Positions 38,811 to 51,680 of a DNA stretch of 64,000 nt are shown piece by piece (within the stretch, counting starts at the first letter, position 1; each line of letters starts with the position of its first letter). The stretch comes from Octopus sinensis (lineage: Eukaryota), in NCBI RefSeq assembly GCF_006345805.1, contig NC_043003.1, positions 50,530,001-50,594,000 on the forward strand, given 5' to 3'. The translations under genes were made by a program, and so were the position numbers. The notes under the pieces were generated by a model. The model was not told where the DNA came from, searched no databases, and saw only the letters and a program-made list of their open reading frames with translations.

Positions 38811-39133
38811 ACGGGTGTGCGTGGTTTGCGTCGATATGTTTGTATATAGAAAACAAATAACACAAATATGTGCAAATGTGTATAAAAATAAGATTTCAGG
38901 AGACAGAACGAAGAACCTCCACCCCCATGAAAACAACAGTATCGAAATGAAAAACACTCAAAACTCTCATAAAAATGATTAGAAATATATATACATATAT
39001 AAATAATTCAGCGAAAGGGAAAACGAAAACAAAGATGTAGTCACATTTGTAAACCTGACTGTAATAGTTTCACAAGAATATAAAAGAAAAACATATATTT
39101 AGTCTATATCGAGAGGAGAATATATATATATAT

Positions 39134-39212
<79 letters not shown>

Positions 39213-39479
39213 TCCCCAGAAGACGTTGAGAAACTATTTTCAGTTTCTTTAAAAAGAAAACATAAACAATGAAGTCACATTTAAATATTTATTATGATTT
39301 GGCTTCCATTCGGGACCTGAATTCGTATGGACTATATTTTAAACAACCGTGGTGCGAAAAAAAATAAGTAAATAAAACCAGTTATTCAAATATACAACAT
39401 AACAGCTTTCTGACAGCAATGGCGATTACTAACAACCATAAGTTAAAACAACAGCATAATAATAATAATAATAATAATG

Positions 39480-39521
<42 letters not shown>

Positions 39522-39945
39522 TAATAATAATAATAATAATTATAATAATAACAATAAATGCAACAACAATGCTTTCTTTATTAATAATAAAATATCCCTG
39601 TTGTATGTCACAGGGGCAATATTATAAAGACGAATGGCAAAACAGTTACTGTGGTGGAGATTAAATCGAGTGAAAAAGTAAAGGAAAAAAGCATAAATAA
39701 TATTTCTGTCTGTGTTAGCCACAAGGGCGACATAAATACACAACGTTAGCGTAGTAAATCTTAAGTAGTATGTAATAGCTATACATACAATGCGGTGTGC
39801 AGTGATGCACCCTTCCTTTCGAGATCAAATTCCGTCTACTTGAGAACGCATTTCATACTTCCGAAGTCGCTAAAATAATCAACCATTCAATTGCTGTGAC
39901 CGATGCTATCGACTAACTTTTCCCCTCAATGTTTCAGACTTGTAA

Positions 39946-40099
39946 GGCGGCGAGATGGCAGAATTAGGCCGATGTCGACTCTGCTTTTCATCCTTTCATG
40001 GTCTATAAAATAAGTATCAGTTGAGCACTGGTATCGATTTAATCGACTTGGCCCTACCCTCAAAACTTCTGGTCTTATCCCAAAATTTGGAATCAATAT
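39946..40099 (+). mobile_element. SINE family A with internal deletion, tail B variant
   Basis: ggcggcgagatggcagaatt joined to ccgatgtcgactctgcttttcatcctttc... Confidence 0.7.
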
Positions 40100-42149
40100 T
40101 TCAGACCTTGTGCTTATGTTAGATATTATTATGTAGGATAGTGAAGTGGCAAAATCCCTAGAGCCTAGAAACGAGAAGGCACCTTCAGAAGTTGAGATCC
40201 GGCTAGTGGCCGCCTTCATGGTACAGAATTGATTGAAGGCAAGTGCAGTCGTAATCTTTGGAAACACCACAGCTATGCACATACGTGCGTAGAAGACCAC
40301 AAAATAATACCAGGACTGTGTCAAATTAGACAATCAGCTGCAACAGATGTAAGGACAAAATCTACTGACGGAATTTCTATATAAAATTTTTAAAAAAACA
40401 AACAAAAGCAAGCAAGAACAAACCACCGTGGTTGTCTGTCCTAAGGCGAAACCAAATACAACTTGTGAGTGGGTAAAAAAATCGCCTTATGCTCATTACC
40501 AGAATTGAACTAAGAAACTGGAGAGTCTTCTCTCACAGCCATAACTAGCAAAAACAATGAGTCACAAAAAAACAACACCGGCAGGAAAGTAAACAACCAC
40601 GAAGTATCCCCTCATAACAATAACATTACATCCATCTATCAGGGTGGAGATTAGACAGAGAATGATGGAAATAAGCGGAATTCTTAAAAGAAACAGAAAA
40701 AGACAACCAATGCAAAAGAAAAATATCAAACGTGTTATTAAAAATGCGAAATAGGATACACCTCCTGCGAATAGGTCACTCTTTCCACTGAGAAAGAACT
40801 CATAAGAAGGAGAGTCTATATCCTGAGAGCCAATAATTCATGATGGAAATGAAATTCATGGCTGGTTACAAGAATAACGAAGATCTTACAATATACAAAT
40901 TTAACCAACGGATCGAAGTACAGATCGCGAAGGAAATGTGGACACGTTAAACTACACATAAACTATAGGATACTAACAAAAATTTCGGGTTTGCACTTGA
41001 CTTTAAGAAACATTAAATTGCGACGATCCAGTCGGCCGGGTCTTACACTTGTACACTATAACGTAAGACGTGATCATGGACGATTTTAGAATCTCCAGTC
41101 ATAAACAATAGAGGAAGAAAGTACAGTGAAAGAATAATCAGGAACGTGGAGTACCTTGATCAATGCAACTGAAGATTTGTTTTATCAATATATTTATACA
41201 ATTACACTATGTAATACAATTTTTGTCCTTGAGTAGCAGCTATTATTTCCTATTTACTTGCCCCTATAAAGTATGAGAAATGGCTTATATTTCCTTCAAA
41301 CCTTACCTTCGTTACGTTTATTTAAACTCCAAAGAATCCCTCTCACACATAGCTGTGATAATCGCCCTCTACTTCTACTCATGATCAGAGAGGCACATAT
41401 TATCAGCCACTAAGGGACATGTTCAAATGGTTAGGGTCAAGAAACTGACAAGCACATCTGTGGTACCGATATTTTTCTGCTTCAGCTACTCAGCACTGAA
41501 TCTGTGTGAAATGTAATAGAAAATAGGCCAATCTCAAAACATTGATGTCCAGGTCACAAAAGCAAAGTGTGAAGGGAATAGCAGCCATTTCCTTTGATTT
41601 CTAGACAGAAGCAAATAGGAAATAACACTTACTGGCCAAAGACGAAATAAAATTGTTACACAGTGTTAGTGTTTTAACGTACTTTTTTAAAATTCATTCC
41701 AAGCCATTACTTTATGCTTTATAAATCTTTAATATGTCCTGTTTTATATTATAACAGCTTAAAAGCCGCTCTCCGTGCGGACTTTGATGATAGCTATTGT
41801 AGGAGGCTAATTGGGCATGTGGCCCAAAACAAAGCAGAGTTGAATAGCATGACTATAATAAGCCTGTAATGACTATATGCCCCGGTGGTGTTTAATCAGA
41901 AGTTAAGGACAGATGAGAATTAATTCTGTAATGCAATGATTCTGTTGTTTCAGTCCCAAGTTGAATTCCAACTGTTGGCCAATTTATTCAAAAGTTTTTT
42001 GTTATTTTTTTTATCTCGACGTAAAATTAACGAAGCGAATATCCCACTCGACTTCTAACGTTATCTGACAAACGCCACCAAGATGGCATTAACCAGCCAA
42101 GTTTCATCTGCTAGAAATAGCAACCCAAATGCTTTTAAATCAGATCCCA

Positions 42150-42302
42150 ATGTTGGATATTGAAGAACCAAATAAAGGGCGGATTTTCAATCCCGGGATC
42201 ATCCTGATTCCTAGAAGGTATAATATATCTATGTAGAGCAAATGTAGCTGAGTTACAGGGGTCCCAAACGGACAGACAGAATTTTGCTTTTATTATTATA
42301 GA
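42150..42302 (+). mobile_element. HINE 3' end fragment
   Basis: ...cggacagacagaattttgcttttattattatagat terminus. Confidence 0.55.
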
Positions 42303-42710
42303 TAACACGGTTCACTTCTGTCTTCATTTTGTTCGCTCTATCTACATGTCCTATATAAATATATATATTTCGCTAAATTACTTCGATAATTAGTGGCTAA
42401 TAAAGTAAAGATTATTTCTATTTTTACTGTGGGAAACTAGTAGGACGGTTAGGTCGTCTGAAAAATTACTTCGTGGTATTAGTTCCTATTCTGTACATTC
42501 TGAGTTTAAACCAAATCCCACTAGTTCAGTTTGGCCTGATATCCTTTTAAGAGAGATAAAATAAAGTACCGGTCATGATGTAGACTATTCTTTAACTACA
42601 TTCAGCTCGAGAGCTGCGGCCATGCTGGGACACCACTACCTCCAATTCCTGAAAATTGCAGGAATAGTGGCATAATTAGGAAGATTTATTGTAACTATCA
42701 TCATCATCAC

Positions 42711-42749
<39 letters not shown>

Positions 42750-42940
42750 GCGTTAGCACATTGAACGAAATACTTAGCGGTATTTCACCCGTCGCTATGT
42801 TCAAATTCCGCCGAGGTCGACTTTGTCTTTTATCCTTTCAGGGTCGATAAATTAAGTACTAGTGAAACACTGGGGTCGATATAATAGAATAATCCTCTCC
42901 CATCAAATTTCAGGCCTTGTGCCTATAGTAGAAAGGATCA
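42750..42940 (+). mobile_element. SINE family A (tail B) between (TTA)n tracts
   Basis: cgttagcac...gttcaaattccgccgaggtcgac...ggccttgtgcctatagtagaaaggat; (TTA)n continues to about 43085. Confidence 0.85.
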
Positions 42941-43399
42941 TCATTATCATTATTATTTTTATTATTAATATTATTATTATTATTATTATTTTTATTACTA
43001 TTATTATTATTATTATTACTATTATTATTATTATTATTATTACTACTACTATTATTATTATTATTATTATTATTATCAGTATTAGTAGTAGTAGCAGCAG
43101 CAGCAGCATTTGTATTTGTCAGTACACTTCAAAACGTTACGTATATCACATAGTTTCCTTCCCTGGCTTCAATATGTGATGTGTGGTTTATCATCATTAT
43201 CAACATCCTTTGCTGTAGGTTTATTCTGTGATGCACGGATATCTATTGTCTATTAGAAGTTACTGAAATTCAGAAACTAAATACATATAGACGATGGTTT
43301 CAAAAAAAAAATGTAAATATTCTTCAATGATGTTATAACGACAATGGCAGATATATTTTTAAAAAGCAACAATAAAACAGCTTAAGGGAAAGCAATTAA

Positions 43400-43660
43400 G
43401 ACAATTAAAGAAAATAAACTGGATACAGATACTTCTTTATTGGAAGTCTCCCAAGAGAATTGGTTAAAGAAGTCTGTTAGGCAGACACCACACACGTGTT
43501 TAATAAACTCAGACCTTAAAATAGAAGCAGAACAGTTTACAAACGGAAAACAAGTCTACTACAAGACATTATAACAAAACAATTCTACAAATAGCAAAGA
43601 ATTTGTATGTCGCATGTGTAAACGTTTTGACTGGCGTTGACCATTTTTTCTAATTTCTTT
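43400..43660 (+). pseudogene. Possible R4/Dong-like (RLE) LINE remnant
   Basis: SDLKIEAEQF...VCRMCKRF..VDH resembles GxLKxETE...CRxCxxxxETxDH; heavily degraded. Confidence 0.4.
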
Positions 43661-43964
43661 TCTTTGGAATTAGATATGGCGCAGCTGTGTGGGTAAGAGT
43701 TGTGAATTTAAGCTGATAGTATTGAGTTCAAAATCTTCTGGAAAAACCTAATTCGTGTATTTTTACTGTATACTTACATTTTTAATTTCCCTGGACATCT
43801 ACCTTTTGGACTAGTCAGAGATTCATTTGAATGAATTGTTTTACTAAGGTTGCTGCACTATCCAGGGAAGATTCGGCTTCTATCTTTGAACCATTAATTG
43901 GAGACTAAGCACTAGCTTAGGAACCCTTCGGAACTTAGTGGAAACTTATATTGATTTAAACTGT

Positions 43965-44164
43965 TTGCACAAGGCCAGCGAGTTTGGGAGAGGGATTAAC
44001 TCGATTGTATTGACCCAAGTGCTTAACTGATACTTATTTCATAGATCCCGAAAGGATGAAAGGTAAAGTTGACCCCGACATCATTTGAACTCGGAACGTA
44101 AGGTCGGAAGAAATGTCGCCAGGCATTTTGTCGCATGCAGCAACGATTCGGCCAGTTCGCCGCC
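43965..44164 (-). mobile_element. SINE family A (tail B), diverged
   Basis: gatcccgaaaggatgaaaggtaaagttgacccc...tttgaactcggaacgta...ccagttcgccgcc. Confidence 0.8.
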
Positions 44165-44247
44165 TCGGTGGACATTTTTATTGAAATTTTATGATTCACG
44201 GATATTCATCAACTGTCAGAATTTTAATATTATACATCGATAAATAG

Positions 44248-44648
44248 GGCAGTGATCTGGCAGAAACGTTAGCATGTTACTTTGCGGTATTTCGTCTGCC
44301 GTTACGTTTTGAGTTCAAATACCGCCGAAGTCGCCTTTACCTTTCATCTTTTCGGGGTTGATAAATTAAGTACCAGTTACGCACTAGGGTCAATGTAATC
44401 GACTTAATCCCTTTGTCTGTTCTTGTTTGTCTTCTCTATGTTTGGTCCCGTGCGGACAATAAAGAAATAAGAATTGTTAGTCTTTCGTCCGTTCGAAATT
44501 TCTGAGTTCAAATTCCGCCGAGGTCGATTTTTGCCTTTCATTCTTTCTGGGTTGATAAAATAAATACCAGCAGAAAACTGGGGTTGATGTAATCGATTTA
44601 CCCCATTTCCCAAAATTACTGGCCTTTTGCCGAAATCTGAAACCATTA
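44248..44648 (+). mobile_element. SINE family A dimer: tail-A copy followed by a headless tail-B copy
   Basis: Head at 44248; tail A ends aataaagaaataag near 44472; second core ttcaaattccgccgaggtcg and tail B follow. Confidence 0.85.
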
Positions 44649-44691
44649 TATGCAGACAATGATGAGCCTAATTAATAATAATCCAGAAGTA

Positions 44692-44885
44692 CAGTTCTAT
44701 GTTTAGGAGATGAGGAATTATGTACATTCTTTACTTTATTTATATTCGACGGATATTTGTCCTCATATTGTTTGTTGTTAACACAACTTTTTAGCTGATA
44801 TACCGTCCAGCCTTCTTCAGGTGTCTTGGGGAAATTTCGAACCTGTGTTCTCATTCCTAAGGTATTTTTCGATGTTGTTGTTGTT

Positions 44886-44940
<55 letters not shown>

Positions 44941-44966
44941 GTAGTAGTAGTAGTAGTAGTAGCAGC

Positions 44967-44997
<31 letters not shown>

Positions 44998-45083
44998 TTG
45001 AATGAGAGAGTAGTTCATGCCATCAAAGTGACACTGGGGTAAAATATACGAAGCCCAATATACCCATCATGACTACCCGTCTG

Positions 45084-45123
<40 letters not shown>

Positions 45124-45287
45124 TATTATTATTATTATTATTAAGAATATCAAAAAATTTAGGAATCAGAACACAGGTTCGAAATTTTCCCAAGACACCT
45201 GAAGAAGGCTGGAGAGTATATCAGCCGAAACGTTGTGTTATCAACAAACAAGATGAGGACAAATATCCGTCGAATGTAAATAATGTA
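44692..45287. mobile_element. Inverted pair of hammerhead-bearing Penelope-pLTR-like repeats flanked by a 15-bp direct repeat
   Basis: Minus arm about 44692-44870, plus arm about 45146-45290; aataatccagaagta at 44677-44691 and 45288-45302. Confidence 0.8.
45194..45239 (+). ncRNA. Minimal type-I hammerhead ribozyme, intact core
   Basis: gacac CTGAAGA a ggctg gagagtatat cagcc GAAA cg TT gtgtt. All core nucleotides present, 5-bp helices I and II, ACGT palindrome, GUU site. Confidence 0.8.
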
Positions 45288-46095
45288 AATAATCCAGAAG
45301 TAATTTTATTACTTTGCTGTATTTATATCTCGTAACTGGATTAGATATCTTAGCGATATCAGTGAAAGTCCAGTTACAACCTAGATGTCAACTATACATA
45401 ACTCTTTGTAAAATTGCTGCTAACATTGCTTTTCGTTGTATCAGGGCTTGATAAATGCGTCAGGACAGGATGGAAGGACATGTATTTAGTGGTAGAATTG
45501 TTTGAGGGCTGAACGAGTTACCTTTTGTAACCCGTTCCAGCTATTTATGTTCTGACTGGAACTCCTGGGATGATATTGGTTCTGATATGTGTCGGTCCCT
45601 AGGACTATATCGATAGTGGGTAAAAGGAGAGACTTTCATTCACGCATTTTTACTGATCTTTCATAAGAAGGAACTCTGTACAGGCCTGCATTCTGTAGAG
45701 TAAGAACAGGAACTTTCTAGTTAAACCATATGATCTATAAATATCTAGTTGCGCACATTTAGCGGTAAATGTACACAGCTAGATACATATTGATTTATAA
45801 AACGTTATGCGGTGCCTAAAAATTAAATCTACAATAGAATATGCAATCTTTCTATCCAACTTAATGTGGATATTATGTTAGAACACCGAATACCGCAGTA
45901 TTGGGCGTTCTAGCAGATCATTCACGTTAAGTTGGATATAAAGATTGCCTTTTGATATTAATACTACTTCTATCCCTAAAAATTATTGTCTTTTAATAAG
46001 CCTGCTGGCTATTTGCGACATAAGAGCCTGAAAAGTCATTGGAGTTCTATATATCGTTGGCAGCGAGATTTAGCTGGTATGCGGCTACTGGACGT

Positions 46096-46128
46096 CTGTC
46101 ACTGAAGAGAAATCACGTGATCTGACAG
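46096..46128 (+). ncRNA. Hammerhead-like motif lacking helix II
   Basis: ctgtca CTGAAGA GAAA tcacgtga TC tgacag. 6-bp helix I and 10-nt palindrome ATCACGTGAT. Confidence 0.5.
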
Positions 46129-47163
46129 TTCTGACCCCGTAACAGACGATTCCAGCTTAACTTGCTTCTATTGCTAATAATTATTTTTACTGTAGATTAT
46201 ATATTTTAATTCTTCACATGAAAGTATGTTCGTTCTTTCAGTGGATCGAGACTAGTAAACAGCTTCCTTGTGCAAGTGCGGCCAATCGAAAGCTCCACAC
46301 ACCGGACACAAGTAGGTTGCGAGCGTCATCAGGAGAGGATGTACATTGATTCGAGATCTTACTCTCAACGACCTTATGGCGCGCAGTCCTTACTCTCTGA
46401 TGAGGATATGACATTCCCGAAATGTAGTGGTTAATATCAATTTACTCTCAGAATTTTACGTAGATATTTGAATGTTTAGCCAAGGTATAGTACTTGTCGG
46501 TTCTGCATAAACCGCTCATAAATATTCTAGTTTTACGCTTCTCATTGTTTATTTCTTTCTGCCCCAGATGAGAATGTCTCGCCTATTGTACTTACATTTT
46601 ACAGATAACTTGACATAGCACAGTGCGAAAAAGAATTCCAAAGCCATTCATCTAAAAACTTTAAGCATATTTGAAAGACATTTGAAAAAATCGTGTGAAT
46701 TAAAAGCAAATTCCTTAAGATTCACTTATGGAGATTAATGATATTTCACGTAGCTATAAAGAAAAAAAAAAGCTACGGGACATATTTATCTTAAAAGAAA
46801 TCTAAATGTGAAATAAGCAGCATACCAAGTAAGTATAGGTATATATCTTGTAAATTGAAAAAGTTTCTCGAGAATCGACAGCAAACGTAGATTAATATCA
46901 TGTTACATTTTTAGCAATACACCGTCACTATAATTATAGGTAGACATTCCGAAAGTGGGCAGAGGGAGAGGGTAGAGAAAGAGCTCGGTGAGAAATAGCT
47001 ATTGAATAAATGTGATTTATAAACGCTATTAATGAATCAAAATATGACAGAAAATATGACAGTCCATTGTGTGAAAAACATAACGTACACCCAGCACTTC
47101 ATAATGTTTATTGACGTATTACCGCTCAGGCATGATTTAATATATACATATACATATACTCTG

Positions 47164-47547
47164 TTACTTGTTTCAGTCATTTGACTGTAGCCATGCTGGA
47201 GCACCGCCTTTAGTCGAGCAAATCGACACCCAGGACTTATTCTTTGTAAGCCTAGTACTTATTCTATCGGTCTCTTTTGCCGAACCGCTAAGTTACGGTG
47301 ACATAAACACACCAGGATCGGTTGTCGAGCGATGTTGCGGGGGGGGGGGGACAAACACAGACACACAAACGTATACACACGCATATACATATCCATATAT
47401 ACGACGAGCTTCTTTCAGTTTCCGTCTACCAAATCCACTCACAAGGCTTTGGTCGACCCGAGGACACTTGCCTAAGGTGCCACGCGGTGGGACTGAACCC
47501 GGAACCATGTGGTTGGTAAACAAGCTACTTACCACACAGCCACTCCT
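47164..47547 (-). mobile_element. SINE family D
   Basis: Close match to 16172-16535. Confidence 0.88.
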
Positions 47548-47569
47548 ACGCATATATAAATATATATAT

Positions 47570-47959
47570 ATATATACATAAAAGTAAGGTTGTGTGCTGT
47601 CTGTCTCCTACGATTTAGATTCCTAACTACTCCCACATTTTGCGGTGCAGATTAACCAAAACCGGGTATCTTATAGTCATGATTTATATCGAGTCCTGGG
47701 TATTAGCGCGCGTCTACGATGAGTCTACGATTTAAAAAAAATTACCATCAATTTTTCCCATTTTTAATGCATTTTTGGCATATATAAGGGAAGTAACTCT
47801 CTAAAAAATTATTATCAAATCTCAGAACGTAAAAAGCTACAGTAACACCCCCCTTTGTGGTTAGCCATATTGAGATGGCTATTATACTTTACATCTCTAA
47901 AAATGCTTATATAGTTATTTCCCTTACAAACCCGAGCAACGCCGGGCGATACTGCTAGT
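47570..47959 (-). mobile_element. HINE, same family as 2930-3324
   Basis: cccgagcaacgccgggcgatactgctagt is the exact reverse complement of the 5' end at 2930. Confidence 0.8.
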
Positions 47960-48034
47960 ATGTATATATATATATATATATATATGATGCAGAACCTTGG
48001 TGTTGATCTCAGACTGATGTAGAGATATTATTCT

Positions 48035-48091
<57 letters not shown>

Positions 48092-48732
48092 CAGCAGCAG
48101 CATTGAAATAACACGTGCGATATCATCATTGCCGTCAGTGGAAATCTCTAACCGCAATGGCTTCTGAAGAGGTTTGAAAGAATATAGTTTTGTTATATTG
48201 TATCTGTTCACAATCAAACATTAAAAGATGTTTGTACGCATAACAAAGTTACTACCACATTCCATGACCAACGTTACACATATTCAGTGATGAATAATGC
48301 GGATTTTTCCAGTCAAAAACTCAGTTTGCCGTTGTTTTGTGGAGCTCTGAGGCTCTTTTGTATGAGACACGACGATGTTTATACATTTGTCTTATTTTAT
48401 AAACCGTAATATTATCTATTAAAAATTGATTATGAAGTCACTGAAATCGCTCACTGCATATTTGAAGCATAGACGATCGTCTCGAACAAGTTATGCGTTT
48501 GTATGTATGTGTATGTATGTGTGAGTCTGAATTCTTTTTCTTGTTGCTGTCTTTGGACTGCGCTCATGCCGAGGTAACGCCTCTAAGTGTGTAGTAAATC
48601 ACATCGACCCAATACTTATTCATGTGTGCTACTTATTTAATAATCAATATATATTTTCCTGAACAGCTATGTAACGTATTTTGACACAACACCGGTTTTT
48701 GAAAAAAAAATTAAGCCGGTTTTAGGGTTATA

Positions 48733-49690
48733 TAAACGATCGGCTGAAAAGTCCAAAAGATGACCGAGATTCTCTCATGGAATGTGAACCAATGAAGTTT
48801 ATTTTTCAACATTAACTCCCTTGCAGTCCACGCACTTCTTCCATTGGTCCTGCTGGGCTTGGATCCCGTTCGGTGTAGAAACTTCCATCTTGTTGATAAA
48901 AAAGTCATCAACAGCAGATATGACGTCATCATCACTCCCAAACTGGTTCCAAGTCGATTGTTTTTTATTTTGGGGAACAGATGATAGTCAGATGGGGTTA
49001 AATCAGGAGAATACGTTCAAAGCCACAGCCACGCACAGCAGCCATCGAATTCAAGGACTTGTACACTGGATTATTGTTCTTATGAAACAAGACTACTTTC
49101 GTCAGTTTTCCTGGGCATTTGATCTTGATAGCCTTTAGTTACTGTCTCTGCAAGTTGGCACAATACTCCCCATTGATGGTGCGAGCCTTTTCAAGAAAGG
49201 CAATAACCACAATGCCTTTGGCATCTCAGAAACCTGAAGCCATCACCTTCCCTGCAGATGAAATGACAGTGACCTTCTTTGAAGTAGGTAAGGTGGGGTG
49301 TTTCCACCTGCATAGTCTGTGTCGTTGTCTCTGGCTCAAAGTGATGAAGTCAAGACTCATTATGAGTTGGAAAACGTTTGAGAAAACTATCAGGATCTGT
49401 TTCAAACAATACCAGATTTTCCTGTAATGAGATCATTCTTGTGTGCTTTTAATTGGGTGTAAGCAGATGTGGCACCCACTGAGCAGAAACCTTTGTCATG
49501 CCAAGTTCATTGAGCAAAATATTCTCAAATCCCTCATGAGATATGCTAATAGCATTGGCTCTGTGATTTATAGTCAATCGCCTGTCATCCATCACTATGT
49601 GGTGAACACGATCAATGTTTTCTTCGGTGGTGATGGTTGCAAGACATCCAGAAACTTGGGCCATTTTCAAAACTCTCCCTTCCCCTCCTA
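48733..49690 (-). mobile_element. Mariner transposon, decayed and 5'-truncated
   Basis: Minus translation RRLTI...ELGMTKVSAQWVPHLLTP and YSPDLTPSDYHLFPK; 3' TIR-like aacgatcggctgaaaagtcc after TA. Confidence 0.88.
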
Positions 49691-51107
49691 AATTCTGAAA
49701 AAATAAAGATGTGTACTGATACACATACATAATTATCTGTGTGCACACATGCACACATACACAAATATTTATACGTTTATGTGGATATAATATGGCCATC
49801 TCGCATAGACTTAAGTAACTAAAAGGTATCTATTTACGAACAAGAAAGATAACAATTTATAAGGGATAAGAGGTTAATAGGTTATGCACATATATTCATG
49901 TATACATATATACAAATACTTATATGTTTATATGGATACAGTATAACCATCTCGCATAGACCTAAGTAGCTGAAAAATATCTATTGATGAACAGTAACAA
50001 CTTATAATATGAATGATTAGAGGTTAATAGGTAAAGATATCAAAGTAAGAAAACAAAATACGAAGAATTTATAGAAAATAATAAGAAATATATATAACCT
50101 ACATTTAAAGTGACAAGGTATTAAAATTAGAGGTAGGGAAAAGATAAAGGTAACCCGAAAAAATACGGTAGTAGGTATGGACGTAGTGAGGGCAGTTAGA
50201 GGTATTCAAACCGAAGAGATTTTATAAGTTGGAATGTTACAGGTGTTATTACATATATGATTTTATAGTTTCTAGGGGTTATATAATTAAGAGACTTACA
50301 TAAAAGCCGTTACAAAAATACACAATATGATCAGTAAGGTAGAACATCATCAAAAGGTAAAAAAAATATTTTAATGATAAAAAATATGATGAAGTCAGAG
50401 TAACTGGTCAGGAGTTTTCGTGGGATAGTAATTACATATAGCACACCACATACCATAACATATAGCTTATAACATATGCAAAGCGATTTAATTCACCATA
50501 TAACTCAATATCCCAATAAGTCTCCTAATTATATACCCCCTAGAAACTATAAAATCATATATGTAATAGCACCTGTAACATAGCAACTCATAAGATTTCT
50601 TAGGTCTGAATACCTCTGACTGCCCTCTTTACGCCCTTGCCTACTACCTTCTTTTTTCGGGTTACCTTTATCTCTTCCCTACCTCAAATGTTAATACCCT
50701 GTCACTTTCAATGTAGGTTACATGTATTTCTTAGTATTTTCTATAAATTCTTATTATTTTGTTTTCTTACTTTGATATCCTTACCTATTAACCTCATCCT
50801 TTATATGTTGTTACTGTTCTGAAATAGAGATTTTTCAGCTACTTAGGTCTATGCGAGATGGTGATATCCATATAAAGGTATAAATATTTGTATATGTGTA
50901 TACATGCATATATGTGCACAACCTATTAACCTTTTATCCTTCATAAATTATCTTTCTTGTTCGTGAATAGATACTTTTTAATTACTTAAGTCTATGCGAA
51001 AGGGTTTACTATATCCATATAAATGTATAAATATTCGTGTATGTGTGCATGTTTACACATAGATAAATATGTATGGGTATCTGTACACATCCTTATTTTT
51101 TCTGATT
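49691..51107. repeat. Long inverted repeat with about 600-bp arms (49691-50298 and 50517-51107)
   Basis: For example ccatctcgcatagacctaagtagctgaaaa versus ttttcagctacttaggtctatgcgagatgg. Each arm holds an internal direct duplication of about 150 bp. Confidence 0.9.
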
Positions 51108-51239
51108 CTTTGATTATAATTAATATATAAATAGCATGTTTATCTTTCCAGTATGCCATAAGTAAATATCCTGAGCAGTCTTTATAGAAACCACCTAATA
51201 AGTAATTAATTATGTACATGAATGAATATTCTGATTCTA

Positions 51240-51680
51240 TGTAATATTTCCTTTTTAGTGTTGAACATTGATATATACACGCATTTTTACCTATTTTGGT
51301 TATGATATCACATTTGATAATCTTAAATTTTAGTTTTATACAACATAACAATATTGTTTATAAACAATCACTCATAGTACCCATGATAAAATTTCCTCTG
51401 TATTAACATCATAGGTTTTAAATGGTAATTAACATCATGATTTAGGGTCTTCCTCTACCCAGCCTCCTTTTATAGACAGTTACTCTATAACCAATTTACT
51501 ATTCGTAATGTCTTGACAATATGTATGACCATACCTAGCCATGAGGTGTCAACTCAATCTTACTTTTCTTTCCAAACAGACACAGTCCCATATTCTTAGA
51601 TTTAGTTGTTAATAAAAAGACAAATAAATTTAAAATGAACCACAATACTTTACAAGCTATGGTCCCAGTGGGCTTCATGC
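51240..51680 (+). pseudogene. Possible Penelope-like reverse transcriptase remnant
   Basis: IQHNNIVYKQSLIVPM (compare FNxxxYKQxxGxPMG) and IFLDLVV (compare PFLDLxI); very degraded. Confidence 0.4.

Noticed and set aside
40130-41170. A-rich, relatively complex 1-kb segment, possibly an old LINE ORF1/endonuclease
   Set aside because: Only vague zinc-knuckle-like and NVR-like words amid many stops; not enough to call.
45332-45379. Hairpin gtaactgga...tccagttac containing gaaagtc
   Set aside because: No CUGANGA core; a short inverted repeat of unknown significance.
46240-46316. Candidate small exon ttctttcag|...|gtaggt
   Set aside because: Splice-like signals only; the peptide is unrecognised and the region lies between hammerhead-like repeat remnants.
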